From assembly GCA_965205265.1 (NCBI GenBank), contig CBDBGH010000003.1, positions 4,288,001 to 4,352,000 on the forward strand: a DNA stretch of 64,000 nt. The letters run 5' to 3'. Shown here piece by piece: positions 17,238 through 27,233 of the stretch. The stretch is from Alphaproteobacteria bacterium (lineage in GTDB: Bacteria; Pseudomonadota; Alphaproteobacteria; Bin95). Under the pieces are notes generated by a model. It was not told the DNA's origin and did no database searches. It saw nothing but the letters and a program-made list of their open reading frames with translations. Position 1 is the stretch's first letter; each line of letters opens with the position of its first letter. Position numbers and translations under genes: made by a program.

Positions 17238-19646
17238 ATGAACTTCATCGCCCCCAGGGCCGAGCCGATCATCCGGGAGATCCCGCTCTCCATGCTCGCG
17301 CTCGCGCCCGAGAACGTCCGCAAGACCCCGCCCGATCCGCAGGCCGACGCCGAGCTCAAGGCCTCGATCGCGGCCTTCGACCTGCTGGAGAACCTGGTCG
17401 TCCGCCCGGATCCCGGATCGGGTCCGGGACAGGCTCCGGATGCCGACGGCATCGAACGCTACGCCGTGGTCGCCGGCGGGCGACGCCTCAAGGCCATGCA
17501 GGCGCTGGTCGAGGACGGCGTGCTGGATGCCGCCCATCCCGTGCCCTGCCAGGTCAGGTCCGGCGACGCCGCGACCGCCGAGCTCTCGCTCGCCGAGAAC
17601 GTCATCCGTATCCCCATGCACCCGGCCGACCAGGTGACCGCCTTCGCCGAGCTGGTCGACGCCGGCCAGCCGGTTCCCGCCATTGCCGCGCGCTTCGGCG
17701 TTTCCGAGCGGCTGGTCGAGCAGCGGCTGCGGCTCGGCAACGCCGCCCCCGAGCTGCTGGACGCCTACCGCGCCGGTGAGATCGACCTGGAGACGCTCAA
17801 GGCCTTCGCGGTGACCGCCGACCGCGCCCGCCAGACGGCGGTGTGGGAGCAGGTCTCCGGACAGGGCTACCGGCCCGCGGCCTGGCAGGTGAAGCGCATG
17901 CTGACCGAGGAGCGGGTGCCGGCGAACGCCGCCGTCGCCCGGTTCGTCGGGGTCGAGGCCTACGAGGCCGCCGGCGGCCAGGTGCTGCGCGACCTCTTCG
18001 CCGACGAGCACGAGAACGGCGTCTGGTTCGAGGACCCGGCGCTGCTGGAGACGCTCGCCATGGCGAAGCTCCGGGCCGCCGCGGACGAGCTGGCGACCCG
18101 CTGGAAGTGGGCCGTGCCGATGATCGAGACCGCGTGGAGCGACACCGCCTCCTACGGCCGCGTCGAGCCGCAGCCCGGCACGCCGACGGACGAGGAGAAG
18201 GCCGAGATCGACCGTCTGAGCGCCCGCTACGACGAACTCCGCGACCTCGACGACGACGAGTGGACCGAGGCGCTGGTCGAGGAAGCCCACCGCATCGAGG
18301 CGCGGCTCGACGAGATCGAGGGCGCCGTCGAGGCCCGCGCCATGTGGCGGCGTGAGGACTTCGCCATGGCGGGCTGCATCGCCACCGTCAACCGCAACGG
18401 CTCGCTCCAGGTCATCGCCGGGCTGGTCAAGCCGGAAGACATGCCGAAGCCGGATGGGTCCGGCGACGCCACCGCGCAGGCCGGCAACGGTCACGACCCG
18501 GCCGCCGGCATCCACACCGCCGGTCAGGCCGATCGCACCGCCGCTCCGTCCGTCTCCCAGCCCATGGCGGGGCCGAGGGACCGCGAAGCCGAGGCGCGCA
18601 AGGAGGCCGGCGTCGGCATCGGCCTCGCCGACGACCAGCGCGCGATCCGCACCGCGCTGGTGAAGGCGTATCTCGCCGGGGACTTCGAGGCCTCCTTCGA
18701 CCTCATGCTGTTCCAGATGGGCCGCGCGGTGTTCACGGCGGGCTATCGCGACCACGCCCTCGACATCGCGGTCAAGGAGACCCCGGACCGGCCCAACACC
18801 CGGGTGAACGACGCCGACTTCGCGGCCTGGTCGCCCGGCGAGGCGATGCTGGAAGACCGCTCGCACCTGTCGCTCGACTGGCTGGAGATCGAGGACGACG
18901 GCGAGTCCTTCTCAGCCTTGCGGGCGCTGCCCCAGCCCGACAAGGAGGCGCTGTTCGCCGCCTGCGTCGCGCGCACGGTGAAGGGCCAGCTCGCCTTCGA
19001 GCCCCAGGCGCGCCCCGAGCTCGAAGCCACCGTCGCGAGGCTCGACATCGACTTCGCGAAGCACATCCGGCCCACGGCGGCCATGTACTGGTCGCGCATC
19101 AACAAGAGCCGCGTCCTCGACATCGCCCGCGCGGTGTTCGGCCTGGCCTGGGCGTCGGCGCGGTCGAAGTACAAAAAGCCGGCGCTGGCCGAGGCGATGG
19201 AGGCCGCCTTCGCGGCCGGCGACCCGCCGGTCGGGGTCACCGCCGCGATGCACGCCAAGGCGCTCGCCTGGGTTCCGCCGGGCTTCGCGGCGTTCGACAC
19301 CGGGCGCATCGGAAACGGGGCGGACCGCGCCGCCGACGCGGATGCGCAGCCCCGGGCCGATGCCGCCGGCGCGGACCCGGCTGCCGATACCGGGACCCCG
19401 GCCGCGGACACCGGGGTCGCGTCTGCGGCGACGGAAGCCGCTCCGCCGGCCGGCGATGACGGCCATCCCGGCAACGGCCACGCCGGACCCGCGGACCCGG
19501 CGACCGCGGCGCCGACGGACCAGGGCGGAGAGGAAGCCGACAGCGGCGAAACCGCTGCCGAAACCGCCGCGCCGCCCCCGGTGCCGGCGAACGGCCGCGA
19601 CAGCGGCGACGGGCTCGACATCCCTGAGTTCCTCCGCCGCGTCTGA
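17238..19646 (+). CDS. ParB/RepB/Spo0J-family protein, long plasmid type
   Basis: ENVRK, LLENLVV, VVAGGRRL, LAENVIR..MHPADQ, HTH; SD GGAGG (alternative in-frame start at 17010 also has a strong SD). Confidence 0.88.
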   Translation: MNFIAPRAEPIIREIPLSMLALAPENVRKTPPDPQADAELKASIAAFDLLENLVVRPDPGSGPGQAPDADGIERYAVVAGGRRLKAMQALVEDGVLDAAHPVPCQVRSGDAATAELSLAENVIRIPMHPADQVTAFAELVDAGQPVPAIAARFGVSERLVEQRLRLGNAAPELLDAYRAGEIDLETLKAFAVTADRARQTAVWEQVSGQGYRPAAWQVKRMLTEERVPANAAVARFVGVEAYEAAGGQVLRDLFADEHENGVWFEDPALLETLAMAKLRAAADELATRWKWAVPMIETAWSDTASYGRVEPQPGTPTDEEKAEIDRLSARYDELRDLDDDEWTEALVEEAHRIEARLDEIEGAVEARAMWRREDFAMAGCIATVNRNGSLQVIAGLVKPEDMPKPDGSGDATAQAGNGHDPAAGIHTAGQADRTAAPSVSQPMAGPRDREAEARKEAGVGIGLADDQRAIRTALVKAYLAGDFEASFDLMLFQMGRAVFTAGYRDHALDIAVKETPDRPNTRVNDADFAAWSPGEAMLEDRSHLSLDWLEIEDDGESFSALRALPQPDKEALFAACVARTVKGQLAFEPQARPELEATVARLDIDFAKHIRPTAAMYWSRINKSRVLDIARAVFGLAWASARSKYKKPALAEAMEAAFAAGDPPVGVTAAMHAKALAWVPPGFAAFDTGRIGNGADRAADADAQPRADAAGADPAADTGTPAADTGVASAATEAAPPAGDDGHPGNGHAGPADPATAAPTDQGGEEADSGETAAETAAPPPVPANGRDSGDGLDIPEFLRRV
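17412..17435 (-). repeat. 24-bp palindromic (REP-like) element inserted in frame in parB
   Basis: Reverse complement AGCCTGTCCCGGACCCGATCCGGG matches 29138-29161 at 23/24; flanked by CCGGAT direct repeats. Confidence 0.75.
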
Positions 19647-19752
19647 CCGCCCCGCCGCATCCCGGGATCGTCCCGCTGCTACTCCCGGTTTCCGGACCGG
19701 GACGGGCGGCGGGGCGTTTCCTTTCCGCATCCCGATCATGGAGGTTCTCCGC

Positions 19753-21516
19753 ATGGACCCCGCCGCCGCAACGCCGCCCGTACCCATCCGCGCGCGCATC
19801 CACGAGAGCGCCGTGAAGCGCGTCACCCGCATCTACGCCGCCACCCTGGCCGACATCTTCGCCGAGACCCTTCAGAACAGCCGCCGCGCCGGCGCCGCCC
19901 GCGTCCGCATTGCGGTTGCCGGTAGCGCCAACGCGCCGGACGCTGGCGAGCCGTCCTTCACCGTCACCATTTGCGACGACGGCGCCGGCATCGCCGATCC
20001 CGCCGTGCTGCTGAGTTTCGGCGAGAACGGCTGGGACGACGCGCTGGTCCGGCGCGAGGACGCCGCCGGCTTCGGCTTCGCCAGCCTGGCGCGCCGCAAC
20101 TGCGCCGTCTCTTCCCGGCCGCGCTCGACCGATGGCGAGATTGCGCCCGGCTGGCGCGTCGAACTCGCTCCGGAGCACTTTCTCGGCGAGGCCAACGCCG
20201 AGGTCCGGGCCGACGAGCAGGCCCCGTATCCGCAAGGAACGGCTATTTCGTTCCGGGCGACGGAGCATGCCGCCGCGATCCGCAGCGCGGCCGAGACCGC
20301 CGCCCGGCACTACCCGCTGCCGGTGATCTTCGAGGACCGAACCGAAGACGATTCCGCCGGTCCGGAAGAGCTGCCGCGCCGCGCCTTCCTCGACGGCGCG
20401 GTGCACGCCGAGCGATGGCGCGGTCTCGTGTTCGGCGTCTTCAGGAACCGCCATGCCGGCTACAACGACCCCGACCTCAATTTCCACGGCCTGACGCTGG
20501 CGCTCCGCCTGCCCACCGTGGAGACGGTCCACGGCGCCACCTGGACCGTGTTGGCGGACGTGGACGACTGCCCGGACCTGGAGCTGGTCCTGCCGGCCCG
20601 CAAGGAGGCGGTCGAGAACGCCTTCCTGAAAGAGATGCGCGCGGCCGCCCGGCTCAGCATCTACCGCGCCATGGCGGGCGATCCGAACCCGCGCCCGGCC
20701 TTCGAGGACTGGACGCGGGCGCGCGAGGCCGGCATCGACATCGCGCCGCCGCCGGCCGTGCTGCGCCCCTGGCGGCCCGCCATTGCCCATGTCGACGACT
20801 GGCGCGACCCACCCAAGCTCGCCGCCGTGGGCCGGCACACCCTGGTCGTGGACTGCGATCCCGAGCCCCACGAGGCCCAGGCGCTTTGGCGCGCCGCCGA
20901 ACGCAACGGCGCCGCGCCGCGCCTGTTCGAGCCCGACCGCAGGCTGGAAGGCTACGGCTGGTACGACGGGCTCCACCGGACGACCCCCATCGACGTCGAG
21001 GTCACGCTGGACGGAAAGCCGTATGCGCTGGACGACGCTCCGTTGCCGGAACGGACGGGTCCGACCGCCGCGGAGCTGCCGCCAAGGCCGGAAGCGCTGC
21101 GCATCGAACTCGTCGTGCGGGCGACGGACGGCCCGGCAGATGCGCTTTTCCTGCCCACCGATGTCGCCTTCGCCGGCGAGGCCTGGTCCCACCTCGACGA
21201 CGCCCTGCCGCTGGTGGCCGCGGACAGCGCGATCCAGCCGCACCAGCTCGCCGTGCTGCTCAGGGCCGCCTTCTTCTCGCCTTCGGACGACGTCGAGGCG
21301 GACAGCTGGGAGACCCAGCGGGACCGCTTCGACGAGGAGGCCCTGCATCTCGCGACGCGGCTGCTGCTCAGCGACGACGAGGCCTGCCGGCAGTCCATCG
21401 CCGAGGCGGTGCGGCGCGAGCTGATGTGGTTCGTCCCCCACGACCGCGCCGTCGACATCCGCATCCGCCGGCCCGACGTGACCGTGACACTCGCCGCCGA
21501 GGAGGCCGCGCCGTGA
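19753..21516 (+). CDS. GHKL/HATPase-domain protein
   Basis: ETLQNSRRAGA (N box), DDGAGI (G1), AAGFG (G2), GT motif. Confidence 0.8.
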   Translation: MDPAAATPPVPIRARIHESAVKRVTRIYAATLADIFAETLQNSRRAGAARVRIAVAGSANAPDAGEPSFTVTICDDGAGIADPAVLLSFGENGWDDALVRREDAAGFGFASLARRNCAVSSRPRSTDGEIAPGWRVELAPEHFLGEANAEVRADEQAPYPQGTAISFRATEHAAAIRSAAETAARHYPLPVIFEDRTEDDSAGPEELPRRAFLDGAVHAERWRGLVFGVFRNRHAGYNDPDLNFHGLTLALRLPTVETVHGATWTVLADVDDCPDLELVLPARKEAVENAFLKEMRAAARLSIYRAMAGDPNPRPAFEDWTRAREAGIDIAPPPAVLRPWRPAIAHVDDWRDPPKLAAVGRHTLVVDCDPEPHEAQALWRAAERNGAAPRLFEPDRRLEGYGWYDGLHRTTPIDVEVTLDGKPYALDDAPLPERTGPTAAELPPRPEALRIELVVRATDGPADALFLPTDVAFAGEAWSHLDDALPLVAADSAIQPHQLAVLLRAAFFSPSDDVEADSWETQRDRFDEEALHLATRLLLSDDEACRQSIAEAVRRELMWFVPHDRAVDIRIRRPDVTVTLAAEEAAP

Positions 21517-21992
21517 CCCGGCCCTGGACCGTGCAGGTGGGCTACAACGCGCACCACTGCAACACCGTCACGGTCGAGGCGGCGACACTCCACGAAGCCC
21601 TGGAGAAGGCCATCGCAGCCGCCAACGAGGACTCTGCCGGCTGGCGGTCGACGGACCATTGTTCCGACTCCTATGTGGATGCCTTTTGCGAAGGCGCCGG
21701 CGCCGATCCGTGGGGCGAAGGCTCGCTGCCCGTCCCCGGCCGCTTCTCCGAGCATGGCGAGCCGCCCGTGGTGACCCTGGCCGGCCCCGTCCCGCCGGGC
21801 GCCGTCCGGGTCTCCGGCGGCAGGGCGACGGTCCGTTTCGAGACCGAAGCCGGCACGATCGCGGCGGAATTGCGCGACCCGCCGCATCCGCCGACCAACA
21901 AGCCGCTGGTGACGGTCTCCGTCGGTCCCGACGGCAAGCCCCGGGTCGAGGTCGAGGGCGGCAGCGCCAGGGTGCGCATCCTCGACGGCTGA
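21513..21992 (+). CDS. Hypothetical protein
   Basis: GTGA overlap with the previous gene, SD GGAGG; protein-like 3' part of ORF 19971-21992. Confidence 0.6.
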   Translation: MTRPWTVQVGYNAHHCNTVTVEAATLHEALEKAIAAANEDSAGWRSTDHCSDSYVDAFCEGAGADPWGEGSLPVPGRFSEHGEPPVVTLAGPVPPGAVRVSGGRATVRFETEAGTIAAELRDPPHPPTNKPLVTVSVGPDGKPRVEVEGGSARVRILDG

Positions 21993-22151
21993 TCCGGCCG
22001 CCGGCCGGCCGCAACCGCCCATCCTTCCACACCGATGCCCGTCCCGCGCCGCCCGGAGCGGAGGCCGGCATGCGTCCGGACGAGGCGGGGCCGGGGCGCG
22101 GGAGCGTCCCGGTCCTGCCTGTCCGGCGTTCAGCACCAGGAGGTCCAGCTC

Positions 22152-22361
22152 ATGAAGCCTGCCGCAGTCCCCGAACCCGCCGCGGCCGCGCCGCCCCGGC
22201 CCGACGACGAGGCGCAGAAGCGCGCCATCGCCAATGTCGTCTGGACCGACCTGCTCTGGCTCATGCCGCCCGACCGCACGGTGACGATCGCCGTCACGGG
22301 CGGCGAGGTCGCGGTCGAGCTCGGCCCGCCCGGACCGGCGCCGGAGGTCCCGGCCCACTGA
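22152..22361 (+). CDS. Small hypothetical protein resembling the C-terminus of the GHKL protein
   Basis: SD AGGAGG; 'AIANVVWTDLLWLMPPDRTVTI' vs 'SIAEAVRRELMWFVPHDRAVDI'. Confidence 0.6.
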   Translation: MKPAAVPEPAAAAPPRPDDEAQKRAIANVVWTDLLWLMPPDRTVTIAVTGGEVAVELGPPGPAPEVPAH

Positions 22362-22474
22362 CCCGGCCGGGCGCCGCATCCCCGCCGCCGCGACGCCCCG
22401 TCCCGCCCGCCGGCAGCGCATCCGCCCGGCGCGCGGGGCGGGGTCTTTCCGTTCGACCCGATGGAGGACTTGCC

Positions 22475-23212
22475 ATGCCCGACGCACCGGGCTTCGACGA
22501 GATGCCGCTCTACGACGTGCCCGCCGCGCCGGCCTCCGTCAGGGAGGCCCATGCCCGCCGCCGGCTCCGGAGCCGTTTCCTGCGCGCCGGGTCCGAGGCG
22601 GTCGACGACCGCGATCTGCTCGAACTACTGCTCTCCGGGCGCCAGGCCGCGGGCGGCGCCGGGGATCTGGCCTTGGCTCTTCTGGACACCTTCGGCACGG
22701 CGCCGCGCGCGCTCGCGGCCCGACCGGACCGGCTGCGCACCGTGCCCGGTTTTTCCGAGGATGCCATCGCCGCCCTCAAGGCCGTCGAGGCGCTCGGCAT
22801 CCGCATGGCGCGGCAGGACGTGCCGGAGACCGTGCGTCCGTCCCTCGCCAGCTACGACAGGGTCATCGAATACTGCCGCGCCCTCGCGGCACACCGCGAG
22901 GTCGAGGAGTTCAGGATTTTGTACCTGAACCGCAAGAACCGCCTGATCGCCGACGAGCGCCTCCACAAGGGCTCCGTCTGCCACGCGCCGGTCTACCCCC
23001 GGGAGATCTGCATCCGCTGCCTGGAGCTTCAGGCGAGCGCGGTCGTCGCCGTCCACAACCATCCCAGCCACTGTCCCGAGCCGTCCCGGGCCGACATCGA
23101 CATGACGAAGCGCATCAAGGACGCGCTGAAGGCGATCGAGGTCACGCTGCTCGACCACCTCATCGTCACCCCGACCGGGGCCGTCAGCTTCCAGTCCCGC
23201 GGCCTGCTCTGA
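22475..23212 (+). CDS. radC: RadC/JAB-domain protein
   Basis: DRDLLELLL, EEFRILYLN, VYPREI, HNHPS..EPSRAD, LLDHLIV. Confidence 0.92.
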   Translation: MPDAPGFDEMPLYDVPAAPASVREAHARRRLRSRFLRAGSEAVDDRDLLELLLSGRQAAGGAGDLALALLDTFGTAPRALAARPDRLRTVPGFSEDAIAALKAVEALGIRMARQDVPETVRPSLASYDRVIEYCRALAAHREVEEFRILYLNRKNRLIADERLHKGSVCHAPVYPREICIRCLELQASAVVAVHNHPSHCPEPSRADIDMTKRIKDALKAIEVTLLDHLIVTPTGAVSFQSRGLL

Positions 23213-23306
23213 GCGCCGGCCCCGCCCGTCCGGCCGCGCTTCCCCCGGCGATGACGCTCTGCCCGGAGCGTTCGCCTCCGCCTCTTGCACGAACAGGAGC
23301 CCCACC

Positions 23307-23729
23307 ATGCCCGATCCCGAACCCGGCATCGAGACCGCATTCGGTCCCGTGCTCTCCGTCTATACCCGCGCCCAGGCGATCGAGGACGGCATCCTCGTCG
23401 ACGTCTCCGAAACCGCGCGCGAGGCGGGCTTCAAGATCCCCGTCGCGGTCACGCGCGCGGTCTGGGAACGGCTGGTCGCATTGCCCGATGGCTACCGGGG
23501 TTTCCAGGACGAGAGCGGGCGCCTGTGGGACGTGCTCTGGATGGCGCATTACTACGCGGTCCGCGCCTCGAACAGCGACCGCGTGAGGATGTGCGTGCTG
23601 GTGCGCGACATCCGCAAGGACCTGCGCGACAGCCACCGGCCGCCCCGCAAGCACTTCCCCATCGTGGCGATCGGCGCCGGCGACGGAGGTGGGGCCGCAA
23701 TCACCATCATGTTCCCCGAGGACGACTGA
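23307..23729 (+). CDS. DUF6573-like hypothetical protein
   Basis: YTRAQAIEDGILVDV, QDESGRLWDVL, ITIMFPED; SD AGGAG. Confidence 0.7.
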   Translation: MPDPEPGIETAFGPVLSVYTRAQAIEDGILVDVSETAREAGFKIPVAVTRAVWERLVALPDGYRGFQDESGRLWDVLWMAHYYAVRASNSDRVRMCVLVRDIRKDLRDSHRPPRKHFPIVAIGAGDGGGAAITIMFPEDD

Positions 23730-23769
23730 GCGCGCTCGGCCCTCTCCGCCCACCGAAGGCGATACCCGT

Positions 23770-24003
23770 ATGTCCGGATCCATCATCCAACGCGCCGACG
23801 CGGCGCTGAAGCACACCTGGCAGGCCCGGTTTCAGGCTCTTCCGCCGAGCGCCCGCCACGCGCTCCGCGCCGCCCTGCTCGACCTGCGCAAGGACGCGCT
23901 CTACCGCGCCGAACTCCAGTGGCGGCGCCACAAGGCCCCCATGGCCTGCTACTGGAAGGCGGTCGGCGTCTACGCGGGCCATCTCGCCCGCACCCTGCGG
24001 TAG
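23770..24003 (+). CDS. Small conserved hypothetical protein
   Basis: W.RHKAPMA.YWKAVGVYAGH motif recognised from plasmid proteins. Confidence 0.6.
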   Translation: MSGSIIQRADAALKHTWQARFQALPPSARHALRAALLDLRKDALYRAELQWRRHKAPMACYWKAVGVYAGHLARTLR

Positions 24004-24206
24004 CGCCCTCCAGCCGACCGCGCCGAACCGATCCCCGGCCGTCCGAAGGCCGCGCTCCTCTGCGCTTCGTCCCTTCCTGCCGCACCCCCGTGCGCAGCTC
24101 CGCCCGGAGTCCGGCCAGCCGGCGCCGGGCGGGCGGCCGGTGCGGCGCGGGAGGACCCGCCGCGCGCCGGACGCCCGCCAATCTCCCTCCAGCCCGGAGA
24201 CCGTTC

Positions 24207-24728
24207 ATGCTGTACAGGATCACCGGCCGCGCCACGAAGTGCGGCCCCGCCGCGATATCCGCCATCGCCGGCGTGCCGACACACGAAGCGGCCGCCGTCA
24301 TCCGCCGCCTCACCGGCCGACGCGCGGTCAACGGCGTCTACATGGACGAGCTCGCCGCCGCGCTTGCCGAGCTCGGCTGGGCGCCGGACCGTGCGCTCCG
24401 CCACCCCCAGCTCCACGAGCGCCGCTACGCCCACGACGAAGAGGCCTGGGAACGCCGCCTCTCGGAGGTTCCCTGCGAACTGCGCGCCGTCACCCTCGGC
24501 ACCTTCCTCGACCCTGCGCCCGCCGGCGCCTGGGCGATCGCGACGAGCGATCACTTCGTGGCCTACGGCGACGGCTACGTCGCCGACAACGGCGCCTTCT
24601 TCTCGCGCAAGCCGGCCTTCTGGTTCCGCGCCATTCCCGACCACGACCGCGTCGCGCTCAGGCGCGTCCGCGAGGCCGTCCGCTTCGCGCCGGTCGCCCG
24701 GCCCAACCCCGCACCGCAACGGAGCTGA
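24207..24728 (+). CDS. Hypothetical protein, possible C39/papain-like Cys-His-Asp fold
   Basis: N-terminal CGPAAIS, later HFVAY..D; SD GGAG. Confidence 0.5.
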   Translation: MLYRITGRATKCGPAAISAIAGVPTHEAAAVIRRLTGRRAVNGVYMDELAAALAELGWAPDRALRHPQLHERRYAHDEEAWERRLSEVPCELRAVTLGTFLDPAPAGAWAIATSDHFVAYGDGYVADNGAFFSRKPAFWFRAIPDHDRVALRRVREAVRFAPVARPNPAPQRS

Positions 24729-24731
24729 GCC

Positions 24732-25376
24732 ATGCCCAGGATCGTCGAGACCGCCGTCTTCACCATCGACGAGCTCTCCGGCGCCGCCAGGGAGAACGCG
24801 CGCATCTGGTATCGCCAGACCGGCCTGCACGACGAATGGTACGACTTCGTCTACGAGGACTTCGAGACCATCTGCAAGATTCTCGGCGTCACGCTTGCCA
24901 CCACACCCGTGCGCCTCTACGGCGGCGGCACCCGCGACAAGCCGCAGATCTGGTGGACGGGCTTTTGGAATCAGGGCGACGGCGCGAGCTTCGCCGGCCG
25001 GTACAGCTACGCCCGGGGCGCCACCAGGGCTATCCGCGCCCATGCGCCCAAGGACACCGAACTGCACCGCATCGCGGACGAGTTGCAAGCCGTCCAGAGG
25101 CGCAATTTCCACCAGCTTCACGCCTCGGTTCGCCAGTCCGGGCGTTACTGCCACGAGTACAGCATGGCGATCGAGGTCGAGCGCGACAGCCCGACCTGGC
25201 AGCCGCCGACCGACGATGCCGAGGACACGGTGATCGAGGCGCTGCGCGACCTGGCGCGCTGGCTCTACCGCCAACTCCGCTCGGAATACGAGCACCAGAC
25301 GTCCGACGAAACCGTCGACGAGATCGTGGCCGTGAACGAGTGGACCTTTACGGCGGACGGAAGTCGATTCGGCTGA
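24732..25376 (+). CDS. Conserved plasmid protein (family often labelled 'antitoxin of TA stability system')
   Basis: ELS..A.E.AR.WYR, GFWNQGDGASF, LARWLYRQL..EYE, NEWTFTADG. Confidence 0.7.
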   Translation: MPRIVETAVFTIDELSGAARENARIWYRQTGLHDEWYDFVYEDFETICKILGVTLATTPVRLYGGGTRDKPQIWWTGFWNQGDGASFAGRYSYARGATRAIRAHAPKDTELHRIADELQAVQRRNFHQLHASVRQSGRYCHEYSMAIEVERDSPTWQPPTDDAEDTVIEALRDLARWLYRQLRSEYEHQTSDETVDEIVAVNEWTFTADGSRFG

Positions 25377-25487
25377 CGGCGCCCGGGATTTCCGCCGAAA
25401 CTCTGCGCCTGCGCGGCGGTCATTGACAGGCCGGCGCACCGTCGGGCAGTCCACTGCCGTCCAGGTCGACGACATCGAGGGGCCCCC

Positions 25488-26372
25488 ATGCCCGATCTCT
25501 ACGCCATCAACCTGCATCTTCAGGAACGCCTGGAACGCGGCTGGCTCGACGAGGTTCCCGCCGCCGAGGCGGCCGTCTGGCTCGACGAAGCCGGCCTGCT
25601 GCGAATCCGCAAGAACGGCCTGCCGCTCCGCGACCTGTTGCGGGCCGGGCGTATCGCCGGCCAGGAACAACGCCCCAACCGGAAGAACGGTTCCTGGTTC
25701 ATCCGTCGCCTCGCGGAATCCCGCGACCCGCAGGCGATCGGGAAGGCGCGCGAACGGCTGCGCCGCTATCTCCCCATCGAGCGGGCGAACTTCCCCGCGG
25801 ACTGGCCCGTAAACCAGGGCGACCCCGTCTTCTGGCAGGAGCTCGGCAAGACGGTCGCGACCTTCGGGGAGCTGGAGCACACGCTGGCATCGACCTGCCA
25901 CACGCTCCTCGCCACGGCCGAAAGGGCGGCCGAAGTGCCGGACGCGGACGATGCGGCCCTTTCCCGGTGGTACGAACGGATAGTGCGGTCCCAGACCGAC
26001 AGCCTGTACGGCCTTACCCGAGAGCTGGACAGGGTCCTGGGTGAAGGCGGCCGGGTTCCGCACGCCGTTCGCGAAGACTTGGTCGCGCGCCTGAATGAAC
26101 TCAGGCCCTGGCGCAACGCGCTCTGCCACGGCGCATGGTTCCGCGTCGACAAGGACGGATCGGCTTCGCTTCACCACATGTACAGGCTCGAAGGCGTGCC
26201 CGTTGCGTTTCCGCCTGCGGTCACCCTGAAGGACCTCTCCGATATCCGCACCGGGACGGTCGATGTCATCTTCCGGGTTGCCGAAGCCGCTTCGGTCGCG
26301 GGCGCCGGCTTCGCGCTTACCGACATGCCGAGAATGTACGAACCGCGGAACGCCCCTCCCGACCGGAAATAG
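25488..26372 (+). CDS. Two-domain hypothetical protein with HEPN-like RxxxxH motif
   Basis: ELG..VATFGELE helix and RNALCH near the C-terminus. Confidence 0.55.
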   Translation: MPDLYAINLHLQERLERGWLDEVPAAEAAVWLDEAGLLRIRKNGLPLRDLLRAGRIAGQEQRPNRKNGSWFIRRLAESRDPQAIGKARERLRRYLPIERANFPADWPVNQGDPVFWQELGKTVATFGELEHTLASTCHTLLATAERAAEVPDADDAALSRWYERIVRSQTDSLYGLTRELDRVLGEGGRVPHAVREDLVARLNELRPWRNALCHGAWFRVDKDGSASLHHMYRLEGVPVAFPPAVTLKDLSDIRTGTVDVIFRVAEAASVAGAGFALTDMPRMYEPRNAPPDRK

Positions 26373-26408
26373 CCGCCGTCGGCCCACTCCCGATGCCGGA
26401 CCGGCTCG

Positions 26409-27233
26409 ATGCGGTACCATCCTGTCCTCACGCGCGTTACGGTTCCCCAGGGCTCCGCCGTTTCCCCAACTCCATCCGGAGCATGCGCCTGCAAGATGTC
26501 GTCATTCTCCATCGAACACATCCTGATTTCCGCCGACGGCGCGTATCTGGAACTCGTTCCCGGCTCGGACGGGGGCGTGCTGCCCGCGGTTGCGGAGGCA
26601 CTGGTCGAGCACGGCCGCTGCGTCGGCTGCGGTGCGCCACCGTCTCTGCCTCTCGCGCCCTGCCCGTGCGGCCGGAAGCCGGCGGACGGATTCCACGCCT
26701 CCTTCCATTTCCATGTGACGCCGAGCGTCTGGCGAGACCTCCTGGACCCGCTGTGCAGGAAGGACCGGCGACGCCGGACCAGCCGCAACACCCACCGGCT
26801 TCGCAAGGAGGCGATCGGGAACTCCAGGGAACCCTCGTACACGGATAAGGACATTGCCTGCCTGGGAAGGCTCCAGAACGAGCGCTGCTACTATTGCGGG
26901 GGCACCATCCGAACGGCGGCCCAGATCGAGCATCTCGATCCGTTGGCTTACGGCGGCTCGAACGGCTTCGGCAACATCATGCTCGCCTGCCCGTCGTGCA
27001 ATACCGCCAAGGGCACGCTGAGCGAACGGCAGTACTGGAAGAGGCTTGAACGATCCCTCGCCCCCGCCCGGTTCATCCGGTTGCGAGAGGCCGCGAAGCT
27101 CATGAAGCGCGCGAAACGGCACTGTTATCGCACGACAGGCACCTGCGCTTACGGGTGCACCGCCGACGTGCCGGGCGCTCCCGGGCGAATCGGCGATCCC
27201 TCGCAGGCAGGGCCATCGACCGCCGCTGGGTAA
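26409..27233 (+). CDS. HNH endonuclease with extra Zn-ribbon (start uncertain, possibly 26496)
   Basis: CYYCG..EHLDPLAYGGSN..N..ACPSCN..K; N-terminal CxxC..CxC. Confidence 0.8.
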   Translation: MRYHPVLTRVTVPQGSAVSPTPSGACACKMSSFSIEHILISADGAYLELVPGSDGGVLPAVAEALVEHGRCVGCGAPPSLPLAPCPCGRKPADGFHASFHFHVTPSVWRDLLDPLCRKDRRRRTSRNTHRLRKEAIGNSREPSYTDKDIACLGRLQNERCYYCGGTIRTAAQIEHLDPLAYGGSNGFGNIMLACPSCNTAKGTLSERQYWKRLERSLAPARFIRLREAAKLMKRAKRHCYRTTGTCAYGCTADVPGAPGRIGDPSQAGPSTAAG

